Part shown: piece by piece, positions 55,598-64,000 of the stretch
Layout of the letters: every line of letters starts with the position of its first letter
Position numbering within the stretch: the stretch's first letter is position 1
NCBI GenBank assembly: GCA_050015075.1
Contig: JBEKCB010000020.1
Coordinates: 1 to 64,000 of the forward strand
DNA length: 64,000 nucleotides
Reading direction: 5' to 3'
DNA from: Candidatus Brocadiia bacterium
Lineage (GTDB): Bacteria; Planctomycetota; Brocadiia; CAIUPP01
The notes under the pieces: model-generated
What the model was told of the DNA's origin: nothing
Databases searched by the model: none
The model's input: only the letters and a program-made list of their open reading frames with translations
Made by a program: the position numbers and the translations under genes

Positions 55598-56503
55598 TCA
55601 TTTCACCTCGGTCGCCCGCACGGTCAGGCTTTGGTCGTTCGCGATCTCAAGGACAAATTCGCCCGCGCCCGGATTGGGCTTTCCCCGGGCGATCAATTTT
55701 ATGGCCATGTCCATCGAGCCTTCCGCGGGCAGACTGAGGGATGTTGCAACCGGAAGCTTGTTGCTGAAGTCGGCCTTCAACGCGCTCTTCTCAACGGTAA
55801 ACCCCGGCGGAAGCGGCGGTTCGAACTTGTCGCAGGTGAAAGCGCAAGTCAACTGCAGGCATTCCGTTTTGCCGACGCGGACGACTTTGTCGAGGGTGAC
55901 GGTTGATTTGAAGTCTTCCTTTTTCGCCAGGATCCCGTAGCGAATGATATCCTTCGCCATCAGTTCGGAGTTGCCTTCCCAGCGGTCGCCCACCTTCTTC
56001 CGTTCTTTCGAGCCGAAGACCTCGTCGTCCGTCGGCCCGTTCGGGTTCTCGGAGACCAGGTTCAGCAGCCTCAGCGACTCTTCGGTGTCCGGGTCCAGGC
56101 CGCCGGCCATATCGAATGCCTGCCCTTTTCCGTCCCACGCGACGGTGACGACGCTGCCCTTGGGCAATAATTCTCTCCGGGCATCGCCTTCGATTCGAGT
56201 CAGTTTTTCCACTTCGACCTTGACCCGGGTGTTCGCGCCTTTCTCGCTCACGGCAAGAATGGTCGCCACCAGTTCGGCTTCGACCGTAAATTTGCTGTTC
56301 TTGTCCTGGATAACCTTGTCGTCCTGTTTGACGACTTGCGAGGTGGACTCTTTGCCGACCATCGCCAGGCGGCACTTGGACCCGATGGGATCCGGGCGGT
56401 CCAGACGGATTTCATAATCCTGGGCGAACAGGGCCGAACAGGGCGCCAAAGCCAGCGCCAGGATTGCTGCGGTGGATTTAAGGCTGCTGCGCGGGCGCTT
56501 CAT
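55598..56503 (-). CDS. Secreted hypothetical protein
   Basis: Signal peptide (ALFA-Q), GGAGG Shine-Dalgarno, beta-rich sequence. Confidence 0.7.
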   Translation of the reverse strand: MKRPRSSLKSTAAILALALAPCSALFAQDYEIRLDRPDPIGSKCRLAMVGKESTSQVVKQDDKVIQDKNSKFTVEAELVATILAVSEKGANTRVKVEVEKLTRIEGDARRELLPKGSVVTVAWDGKGQAFDMAGGLDPDTEESLRLLNLVSENPNGPTDDEVFGSKERKKVGDRWEGNSELMAKDIIRYGILAKKEDFKSTVTLDKVVRVGKTECLQLTCAFTCDKFEPPLPPGFTVEKSALKADFSNKLPVATSLSLPAEGSMDMAIKLIARGKPNPGAGEFVLEIANDQSLTVRATEVK

Positions 56504-56542
56504 GATTTCGTCTCCTCCAGAAGTCGGCACTTCACGCGGTTC

Positions 56543-57406
56543 TCACTCCTTGAGCGGCGGAGCGGGGCGGAGGGCCTGTTTCTGCTCGTACATCAGGTGG
56601 TCGGCGCGCGCGACGAGGTCGGCGATGGAGCATTCCTGGCCGGGCTCGGATCGCGCCATGCCGATGCAGACGGAGATCTGGTACGTGCGGCCGGGCTGCG
56701 CGTTCACGGCGGTGAGCTTTTCCTGCAGGCGCGCGATCATCCGGTTCGCGGTGTTCGGGCCGATCTCGAGGGCGAGGACGACGAACTCGTCACCGCCGAC
56801 GCGGGCGATGAGGTCGGACTCGCGGAAGGTCGCCTTGAGGAGCCGGGCGGTCTCGATCAGCGCCTGGTCGCCCACATTATGGCCGAGCGTGTCGTTGATC
56901 CGCTTGAAGCCGTTCAGGTCCAGGAACAGGCAGCAGAGGCCTTCCCGGAGGCGCCTGGCCAGCCTGAGATAGTCTTCGGCAACCGCATGGAACCCGCGGC
57001 GATTGAGGATGTCGGTCAGCTCATCCACGGTGGCCAGTTCGCGCAGGGCGTTCTCGAGCAGCAACTGCCGCGCGATATTCTTGATCATCGGGCGGTACAG
57101 GCCGGCGTACATCACCGGCATGATCAAGACCACCAGCGAGATGCCCGTCAGAAGCGCCTCGGCATAGGGACTGCGAATATTGCGGATGCCGGTCAGGCGC
57201 AACGCCAGGCAGACGAAGAATTGCGAGATGAATACGGCGACGATGCTGGTGAGGAAAAGGCGGAACGGCGTGACCTGTTTCTCGAAGATTTTCGGCAGCG
57301 CGCCGCGCGTGAGGTCCATCGGCTCATGACGCCGCCCCGGCGTTCGCGCGCCGGGCTTGCGTTCCGCGAGCCCCTCGTCATTCTTCTCCGAAGGTTCCGG
57401 CGGCAT
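56543..57406 (-). CDS. Membrane-bound diguanylate cyclase
   Basis: Two TMs, DELT..LNRR, DLNGFKRINDTLGH.VGD, an RESD I-site and an intact GGDEF. Start may be 57319. Confidence 0.9.
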   Translation of the reverse strand: MPPEPSEKNDEGLAERKPGARTPGRRHEPMDLTRGALPKIFEKQVTPFRLFLTSIVAVFISQFFVCLALRLTGIRNIRSPYAEALLTGISLVVLIMPVMYAGLYRPMIKNIARQLLLENALRELATVDELTDILNRRGFHAVAEDYLRLARRLREGLCCLFLDLNGFKRINDTLGHNVGDQALIETARLLKATFRESDLIARVGGDEFVVLALEIGPNTANRMIARLQEKLTAVNAQPGRTYQISVCIGMARSEPGQECSIADLVARADHLMYEQKQALRPAPPLKE

Positions 57407-57541
57407 GCCGATCTCCTGCTGCTCCTCTCATTCCCGGCCGATGCGCGCAGGCGGCGGGAATCGCGCCCATCAACAGCGAAAATAACATAACAGGATCGGG
57501 CTCAAAAAGGAAGCCATCCGCCGCGAGGCGTGTTGATCCTG

Positions 57542-58447
57542 CTAAAGTTGCCGCAGCCGGGCGATCGCGTCCTGCCGGACCTCGGGCGTGCCGCCGCGCT
57601 GCGTGGCGACGTACGCGCCCCAGAGGTTCGCCTCGCGGCCGATTTCCGCCGGCGGCAGCCGCTTGAGGCAGGAGATCATCAGCGACGCAGTGAAGGCGTC
57701 GCCCGATCCGACGGTGTCCGCCACGGTCACTTTCAACCCGGGCGCGTGGACTTCCTCGCCGCCGCGATAGAGCGTGCAGCCGTCGGCGCCGCGCGTGACG
57801 GCCATCAACTCGATGCCGTAACGCTCCATGAAGCCGCGGATTCCGCCGGCGAAATCGGACGCGAAGAGGTCCTTGAGGACTTCCAGCTCCGCCTCGTTGA
57901 GCTTGACCACCTGCGCGCGTTTGAATCCGCCGGCGAGGGTTTCGCGGCTGAAGAAATTCTGGCGCAGGTTGACGTCAAAGACCTTCAGCGCCTTCTTCGC
58001 CTGGTCAATCATGCGCAGGATTCCGGCGCGGCCGGCGGGATTGCGCTGGGCCAGCGACCCGAAGCAGACCGCGTCGCAGCGCGAGAGCGGCTCGGCGAGA
58101 TTCTCCTCCCACGCCAGGAAATCGTACGCCGCGTTCTCGACGATCGTGTAGCTCGGTTCGCCCCGGGCTGAGACGGCCACGCGGACGATGCCGGTCGGAT
58201 GGACCGGGTCCACCTGGACGCAGGAAGTATCGAGCCGTTTATCCTTCATCACTTGCAGGATCGCCTGGCCGTCGGGATCGTCTCCCACGCGGCTGATCGG
58301 CAGCGCCCGCGCGCCCATGCACTGGGCCATGTAGCCGCAGTTCAGCGGCGCGCCGCCGAGCACCTTGCGGTCCGGGAAGCAGTCCCAGAGAATCTCGCCG
58401 ATGCAGGCGACCAGCGGCAGGGCCGGCCCGGGTTGAGCGGATTTCAT
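57542..58447 (-). CDS. PfkB family carbohydrate kinase (fructokinase-like)
   Basis: GEILWD, GGAPLN, FDVNLR, KLNEAE and DTVGSGDAF. Confidence 0.92.
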   Translation of the reverse strand: MKSAQPGPALPLVACIGEILWDCFPDRKVLGGAPLNCGYMAQCMGARALPISRVGDDPDGQAILQVMKDKRLDTSCVQVDPVHPTGIVRVAVSARGEPSYTIVENAAYDFLAWEENLAEPLSRCDAVCFGSLAQRNPAGRAGILRMIDQAKKALKVFDVNLRQNFFSRETLAGGFKRAQVVKLNEAELEVLKDLFASDFAGGIRGFMERYGIELMAVTRGADGCTLYRGGEEVHAPGLKVTVADTVGSGDAFTASLMISCLKRLPPAEIGREANLWGAYVATQRGGTPEVRQDAIARLRQL

Positions 58448-58536
58448 GGCGTCGTCTCATAGCGCTGCGCGGCTGGAAGCGATCGCAGATATTTTACATC
58501 GCCGTGAAACTTCTGCAAGCGGGAAGGGCGGCGATT

Positions 58537-58565
58537 TGGACGCTCACACGATTCTGCGATATAAT
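58537..58565 (+). promoter_or_regulatory. Sigma70-type promoter
   Basis: TGGACG-17 bp-TATAAT upstream of 58616. Confidence 0.5.
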
Positions 58566-58615
58566 CCGCGTGGACATGCCGCCAAAAAGTCGCCCTGTAA
58601 ATTGAAACGGAAAAC

Positions 58616-59656
58616 ATGACATCGCGCGAGCGCACGCTGGCCGCTTGCGCCTTCCGGCGGCCGGACCGCATCCCGCGGTTCGACAACTTCCAGGAGTATA
58701 CGAAGGAGTGGGAGTCGCGGTTCGGGCCGGCGGTATCTCTGGTGGACATGGAGATCATCGTCCCGGACGAAACGCCGTTCCCCAGCCGCGCCCGGCGGAC
58801 CAGGGAAGAAGCCGGCTGGATTTACGAGGTGGACGGCTGGGGCCGGACCCTCCGCCGCAGGCCGGATGCGTTCTTCGTCGAGGTGCTCCGAACGCCGATC
58901 CCCGCGGGCGCTGACCCGGATTCCGTCCGGTTCGACTCTCCCGGTCTCGACGCCCGTTACGCCGTGAAGAGCCTGGAGGAGATCGGGCGGCTCAAGCGGC
59001 AGCGCGCCCTGTTCGCTAAGACGGGCGGCCCTTTTCTGCGCACCAGTTTCGTGCGCGGCGAGACGCAGTTCCTGCTCGACATCGCCGGCGATCCGCCGCT
59101 GGCCGCTGCGCTGGCCGGCAAGGTCGCCGATCACCTCGCCGCCGTCGGAGTCGAGGCGGTCACGCGCTACGGCCTGCAGGAAACCGGGGTCTGGATTTAC
59201 GACGACATGGGGTATAACGACGGTCCGATGTTCAGCCCGAAGTCATTCGAGCGCGTTTTGCTGCCGGCATACCGGCGGATGATCGCCGCGTACAAGCGCG
59301 CCGGTGCGCGGTACGTTTTCCTGCACTCCGACGGCGACATCCGTCCGCTGCTGGACATGCTCGTGGACGCCGGAATTGACGGGCTGAACCCGCTGGAGCG
59401 CCGCGCGAACATGGACCCGGCGGAAATCCGCAAGCGTTACCCTCGGCTCATCCTGGCCGGCGGCATGGACAACTCCGACGCGCTCATTCGCGGCCCCGTC
59501 GAGCGCATCCGGGCGCAGGCGCGCGAGCTGATTGATCTCGGCCGCGACGGCGGCCTGGTCATCGGCGCGCACTCCATCAGCCCCGAGGTCCCCATCGAGC
59601 ACTTCGCCGCATACCACGAGACCTGCCTGAAGTACGGCGACTTCGCGGCGCGCTGA
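58616..59656 (+). CDS. Uroporphyrinogen decarboxylase-like (UroD/MtaA superfamily) protein
   Basis: MTSRER...PDR.P, DDMG...P.FSP, HSDG, G.DGLNP.E and GG...HSI. Confidence 0.82.
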   Translation: MTSRERTLAACAFRRPDRIPRFDNFQEYTKEWESRFGPAVSLVDMEIIVPDETPFPSRARRTREEAGWIYEVDGWGRTLRRRPDAFFVEVLRTPIPAGADPDSVRFDSPGLDARYAVKSLEEIGRLKRQRALFAKTGGPFLRTSFVRGETQFLLDIAGDPPLAAALAGKVADHLAAVGVEAVTRYGLQETGVWIYDDMGYNDGPMFSPKSFERVLLPAYRRMIAAYKRAGARYVFLHSDGDIRPLLDMLVDAGIDGLNPLERRANMDPAEIRKRYPRLILAGGMDNSDALIRGPVERIRAQARELIDLGRDGGLVIGAHSISPEVPIEHFAAYHETCLKYGDFAAR

Positions 59657-59777
59657 GGCCCGGCGGACGAGGGAACGAATTATCCTGTTATTTGCGCGCC
59701 CCTCAAGTGCGCCTAACTTTGCGGCGTTATTCTTCCATATAGGTTGTGGGGAACCTGAAAACCCTTTGGAAGAAGCC

Positions 59778-60068
59778 ATGACCGAACAGGACGTCATCAA
59801 CGCCTTCCTGGCTGGAATGAAAGCGGAGGCTGCTCCGCTCCGGTCCGACGGCGTGCGGCTGTACGTGGGTGGGGACTTCATCGCCGAATGGTGCGCGCAG
59901 CGGCTGGTCATCGAGCCGCGCCGGCAGGACGCCGCGTCGGAGCGCTGCAAGGACCTGCTCACGCACTCCATTCTGTTGCGCATGAGCCTGCACCACGAAG
60001 TGCGCCGTCTCCTGCGCCGGAACAGCCGCGACCTGTGCGCCGCGCTGCCGCGAGGCCATCGCTTGTAG
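59778..60068 (+). CDS. Hypothetical protein
   Basis: 96-aa ORF with host-like codon usage and a purine-rich region upstream. Confidence 0.5.
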   Translation: MTEQDVINAFLAGMKAEAAPLRSDGVRLYVGGDFIAEWCAQRLVIEPRRQDAASERCKDLLTHSILLRMSLHHEVRRLLRRNSRDLCAALPRGHRL

Positions 60069-60085
60069 CGGCGCCGTCAGGCGCT
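60065..60085 (+). repeat. Single GTAG-type REP unit
   Basis: GTAGCGGCGCCGTCAGGCGCT is nearly identical to the reverse complement of 30830-30850. Confidence 0.6.
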
Positions 60086-60120
60086 GCTTCGCATGCCTTG
60101 GCGGGCACACTGCGAGCGGC

Positions 60121-60149
60121 TTGACGGGAGCGGCCTGCGCCGTCAGAAT
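60121..60149 (+). promoter_or_regulatory. Putative leaderless promoter
   Basis: TTGACG-17-CAGAAT, 7 nt before ATG 60157, with no Shine-Dalgarno. Duplicated at 62442-62470. Confidence 0.5.
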
Positions 60150-60156
60150 ATCGCGC

Positions 60157-62388
60157 ATGAAAAAGGCTCCGGAGCGCCTGCGCGCCGCACGCCGATTCCT
60201 TCCAGCCGCGCTGATCGTTGCGGCGGCGCTGCTCGCCTACTGGCCGGCGCTGCGCGGCGGCTATATCTGGGACGACGAGGTCCTGATTGTCAAGAACCGC
60301 GACGTGCGCGCGGAGGACGGGCTGCTCCGAGTCTGGTTCAACCGCAAGTCGCTCGAATACCTCCCGCTGACCTACAGCATGCACTGGCTGGAGTGGCGCG
60401 TTTTCAAGGGGTCGGCGACGGGCCCGCACGTGATCAACGTCCTGCTCCATGGCCTGAGCGCGGCGCTGCTCGGTTTCGTCCTCCAGCGGCTGCGCGTGCC
60501 CGGGGCGTGGCTGGCCGCGCTCCTCTTCGCCCTGCACCCGGTGGCGGTCGCCTCCGCCGCGTGGCTCTCCGAACGCAAGAACACGCTCTCGATGGTCCTC
60601 TACCTCGGGAGCATCCTGGCGTATCTGCACTTTGAGGACGTCCCGGATCGCGCCGGTCCTCAACACGACGACACGGCGAAGGGCCAGCGGCATTATTTTC
60701 TTTCTCTTGGCTTGTTCCTGTTGGCGCTGCTCGCGAAGACCTCGGTGGTGATGCTGCCGGTGGTGCTGTTGCTGCTGGCGTGGTGGCGGCGAGGAAAGGT
60801 GGCGGGCCGGGACCTGCTTCGGACAGTCCCGTTCTTCGCGTTGTCGCTGGCGCTGGGACTGGTGACGGTGTGGTTCCAATGGCATAACGCCATCGGGCAG
60901 GAGGTGGCCCGGCCCGAGGGTGCCGCCTCGCGCGTCGCCGCCGCCGGCTGGATCGCGTGGTTCTACCTCTACAAGATACTGCTGCCGGCGGGCCTGTACG
61001 CGATCTACCCGCGGTGGGAAGTGAGCGGCTCGTCCGTCCTCTCTTTCCTTCCGCTCGCGCTGCTGGCGGCGGCGACGGCGCTCCTCTGGGCAAAGCGCAA
61101 GCGCTGGGGCCCGGGACCGCTGGTCGCGTGGGCGTACTTCATGGTCTCGCTCCTGCCGGTGCTGGGGTTCGCAGAGATGTCGTTCATGCACCTGTCACTG
61201 GTGGCGGATCATCTTCAATATCTGGCCATGCCGGGGATCCTTGCGCTGGCGGCGGCGCTCCTCGCGCGCGCGACGGCCGGCGGGAGCGGAGGCCGTCGAG
61301 CCGCCGTGGCCGTGGGAATCTGCCTGGCGGCGCTGGCGGCGCTCACGTTCCAGCGCGCCGGCGTCTTCAGCAGCAACCAGCGCCTCTGGCGCGATAACCT
61401 GGTGAAGAGCCCGCGCTCGGCGCCGCTCTGGTGCGACCTGGGCCTGGCGTACTTCGCCGCGGGCGCCCCGGACGAGGCGATCCGCTACTTCGACAAGTCG
61501 CTGGAACTGGACCCCAGGTACTACCACGCGTGGCTCGGACGAGGCATCGCCCGCGCCGCCGCCAACCGGTCCGCCGAGGCCATCCGCGACTACGACCAGG
61601 CCATTGCGTTCAAGCCGGACTCCGCCGTGGCGTGGTATAACCGGAGCAACGCCTACTTCAACACCGGCCACCCGGCGGAGGCGCTGCGCGACCTGGACAA
61701 GGCCATCGCGCTCAATCCCGATTACGCTGAGGCGTACCTCAACCGCGGCCTCATCTACGCGGCCGCCAGGCGCTACGCCGAGGCCGTACGCGACTACGAC
61801 CAGGCCATTGCGGTCCAGTCCGATTGCGCCCAGGCCTACGTCAATCGCGGCCTGGTCTTCGCGGCTACCAACCGGTCCGCCGAGGCCATGCGCGACTACG
61901 ATCAGGCCATCGAACTCAAGCCCGATTGCGTCGAGGCGTGGTACAACCGCGGCACCGCTTATGCCCGCGCCGGCCGCCTGGACTTGGCCCTGCGCGACCT
62001 GGACGAGGCCATCGCGCTCAAGCCCGATTACACCCAGGCGTACATCAATCGCGGCAACGTCTACATGGCCGCACGGCGTTACGCCGAGGCTATCGGCGAC
62101 TACGGCAAGGCCGTCGCCTGCGATCCGCGCAATGCCGATGCCTGGTACAATCGCGCCAACGCTTGCCTGGCCGCCAACCGGCCGGCGGAGGCGGTCCAGG
62201 ACCTGGATCGGCTGATCGAGCTGCGGCCGCGGGAAGCGCGCGGGTATTACCTGCGCGCCACCGCCCGCAGGCTCATGAAGCAAGACAGCGAGGCGCTCGC
62301 GGACCTGCTGATGGTCCGGCAACTCGGCGGGACGGTGCCGGAGGAACTCCTGCGCTCCCTCGCCCACTCTGCGCAACCGACTCGCTGA
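60157..62388 (+). CDS. TMTC-like GT-C membrane protein with a long TPR tail
   Basis: IWDD, YLPLT, NVLLH, HPV.V.S.AW.SERKN and VADHLQY, followed by tandem 34-aa TPRs. Confidence 0.85.
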   Translation: MKKAPERLRAARRFLPAALIVAAALLAYWPALRGGYIWDDEVLIVKNRDVRAEDGLLRVWFNRKSLEYLPLTYSMHWLEWRVFKGSATGPHVINVLLHGLSAALLGFVLQRLRVPGAWLAALLFALHPVAVASAAWLSERKNTLSMVLYLGSILAYLHFEDVPDRAGPQHDDTAKGQRHYFLSLGLFLLALLAKTSVVMLPVVLLLLAWWRRGKVAGRDLLRTVPFFALSLALGLVTVWFQWHNAIGQEVARPEGAASRVAAAGWIAWFYLYKILLPAGLYAIYPRWEVSGSSVLSFLPLALLAAATALLWAKRKRWGPGPLVAWAYFMVSLLPVLGFAEMSFMHLSLVADHLQYLAMPGILALAAALLARATAGGSGGRRAAVAVGICLAALAALTFQRAGVFSSNQRLWRDNLVKSPRSAPLWCDLGLAYFAAGAPDEAIRYFDKSLELDPRYYHAWLGRGIARAAANRSAEAIRDYDQAIAFKPDSAVAWYNRSNAYFNTGHPAEALRDLDKAIALNPDYAEAYLNRGLIYAAARRYAEAVRDYDQAIAVQSDCAQAYVNRGLVFAATNRSAEAMRDYDQAIELKPDCVEAWYNRGTAYARAGRLDLALRDLDEAIALKPDYTQAYINRGNVYMAARRYAEAIGDYGKAVACDPRNADAWYNRANACLAANRPAEAVQDLDRLIELRPREARGYYLRATARRLMKQDSEALADLLMVRQLGGTVPEELLRSLAHSAQPTR

Positions 62389-62477
62389 TTTTCCGCCCGG
62401 GGCTGCCGCGACCTGCTCCAAGGCGCCGCGAGGCCAATCGCTTGACGCGACCGGCCTGCGCCGTCAAAATGGGGCGC

Positions 62478-64000
62478 ATGAGCCAGGCCCCGGAGCGCCC
62501 GCGCGCCTCACGCCGATTCCTTCCAGCCGCACTGATCGTCGCGGCGGTGCTGCTCGCCTACGCGCCGGTTTTCCGCGCCGGGTTCATCTGGGACGATGAC
62601 AAGTTCCTGACCGAGAACCCGCTCATCCATGCCCCCGACGGCCTGTACCGTTTCTGGTTCACCGCGGAGCCGCCGGACTACTTCCCGCTGACCTCCAGCA
62701 TGCTCTGGTTCGAGTGGCGTTTGTGGGGGCCGAACGCATTCGGCTACCACCTGGTCAACGTGCTGCTGCATGCGGCGAGCGCGGTGCTGCTCTGGCGCGT
62801 GCTTCTGCGGCTCAAGGTTCCCGGCGCGTGGCTGGCGGGGCTGCTCTTCGCGGTGCACCCGGTGGCGGTCGAGTCGGTGGCGTGGATCACCGAGCGCAAG
62901 AACACCCTGCCGATGGTGTTCTACCTGGCGAGTATCCTGGCGTATCTGCGTTTTGAGGACGGCTGTTCTCACCACGACGACACGACGGACGGCAATCCGC
63001 AGTATTTGTTTTCTCTTGGCCTGTTCCTGCTGGCCCTGCTGGCGAAGACCTCGGTAGTGATGCTGCCGGCGGTGCTGCTTCTCTGCGCGTGGTGGCGGCG
63101 CGGAAAAGTTACGGCGCGGGACCTGCTCCGGATGGTTCCGTTCTTCGCGCTGTCGCTGGCGCTGGGGCTGGTGACGGTGTGGTTCCAATGGCACAACGCC
63201 ATCGGGCATGAGATGATCCGCACGGAGGGCGCGGCCTCGCGCGTCGCCGGCGCCGGCTGGATCGTGTGGTTCTACCTCTACAAGATCCTGCTGCCGGCAG
63301 GACTGTGCGCCGCCTACCCGCTGTGGGAAGTGGATGGCTCCAGCGTCCTGTGTTTCCTCCCGATCGCGCTGCTGGCGGCGACGACGGCGCTTCTCTGGGC
63401 GGGACGCAGGCGCTGGGGCTCGGGGCCGCTGGTCGCCTGGGCGTACTTCATGGTCCTGCTCCTGCCGGTGCTGGGGTTTGTGGAAATGACGTTCATGGAA
63501 CTGTCGCTGGTGGCGGACCATCTTCAGTACGCGGCGATGCCCGGCATCCTGGCGCTGGCGGCGGGACTGCTGGCTTGCGTCATGGAGCGGCCCGGCGCGC
63601 CCGCCCGCCGAAGCCCCCGCGAAGGCAGGTGGCGCCCGGTCGCAGTGGCCGCCGCCGGCGCGCTGGTCCTGGCCTGCGCCGCCCTCACTTTCTGCCGGAC
63701 CTTCGTCTACCATGACGAGGAAACGCTCTGGCGCGACACGCTGGCGAAGAACCCGAAGGCGTGGATCGCTAAAGTCAACCTGAGCGACCTGCTCCTCCGG
63801 CGCGCGACGGCGCCCGGCGCGGACTCGGCCGCGCTCCTCGCCGAGGCGGGACGATACCGCCAGGAGGCGATTCGCAACCTGGACCAGGCCATTGTTCTCA
63901 GGCCCGACGACGCGCAAGCGTACCTCGATCGCGGCAATATCCAGGTGGAAGCCCGGCGCTACGCCGAGGGCATCTACGACTACGACCAGGCCATCGCGCT
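62478..64000 (+). CDS. TMTC-like GT-C/TPR protein, tandem paralog (partial, runs off the window)
   Basis: ATG 62478 opens MSQAPERPRASRRFLPAALIV...FIWDDDKFL...YFPLT...HPVAVESVAWITERKN...VADHLQY. It is absent from the ORF track because there is no stop in the window. Confidence 0.85.
   Translation, partial: MSQAPERPRASRRFLPAALIVAAVLLAYAPVFRAGFIWDDDKFLTENPLIHAPDGLYRFWFTAEPPDYFPLTSSMLWFEWRLWGPNAFGYHLVNVLLHAASAVLLWRVLLRLKVPGAWLAGLLFAVHPVAVESVAWITERKNTLPMVFYLASILAYLRFEDGCSHHDDTTDGNPQYLFSLGLFLLALLAKTSVVMLPAVLLLCAWWRRGKVTARDLLRMVPFFALSLALGLVTVWFQWHNAIGHEMIRTEGAASRVAGAGWIVWFYLYKILLPAGLCAAYPLWEVDGSSVLCFLPIALLAATTALLWAGRRRWGSGPLVAWAYFMVLLLPVLGFVEMTFMELSLVADHLQYAAMPGILALAAGLLACVMERPGAPARRSPREGRWRPVAVAAAGALVLACAALTFCRTFVYHDEETLWRDTLAKNPKAWIAKVNLSDLLLRRATAPGADSAALLAEAGRYRQEAIRNLDQAIVLRPDDAQAYLDRGNIQVEARRYAEGIYDYDQAIA

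Noticed and set aside
61430-62250. 102-bp-period DNA repeats as a DGR or other repeat system
   Set aside because: They encode ordinary 34-aa TPR units. There is no reverse transcriptase and no adenine-specific variation.

Overview
A 64-kb high-GC bacterial chromosomal window, most likely from an anaerobic Planctomycetota-like organism. This is inferred from the long HTH-extended sigma-70, the MoxR/DUF58/VWA/prenyltransferase-repeat operon, TMTC-like GT-C/TPR paralogs, a sulfatase-fold protein, a UroD-like protein and a RACo-type corrinoid activator. It begins with the 3' end of an IS5-family element and toxin-antitoxin debris, followed by tldE/tldD. Next comes an apparently replaced NAD-dependent ligA, lower in GC and carrying extra Cys motifs and an HhH duplication, together with a DEDDh-BRCT exonuclease gene. 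The C-terminal stub of a previous ligA sits just downstream of them. A GxxExxY PD-(D/E)XK protein gene is bracketed by long inverted arrays of a CACGGAT-type repeat, and a gene-less copy of the same repeat pair lies about 8 kb away. This suggests a nuclease/repeat mobile system analogous to RAYT/REP. Also present are several REP/MITE families, a promoter cassette repeated four times and many secreted hypothetical proteins. No rRNA, tRNA or CRISPR array was recognised. All calls come from reading motifs by eye, and no database searches were run.
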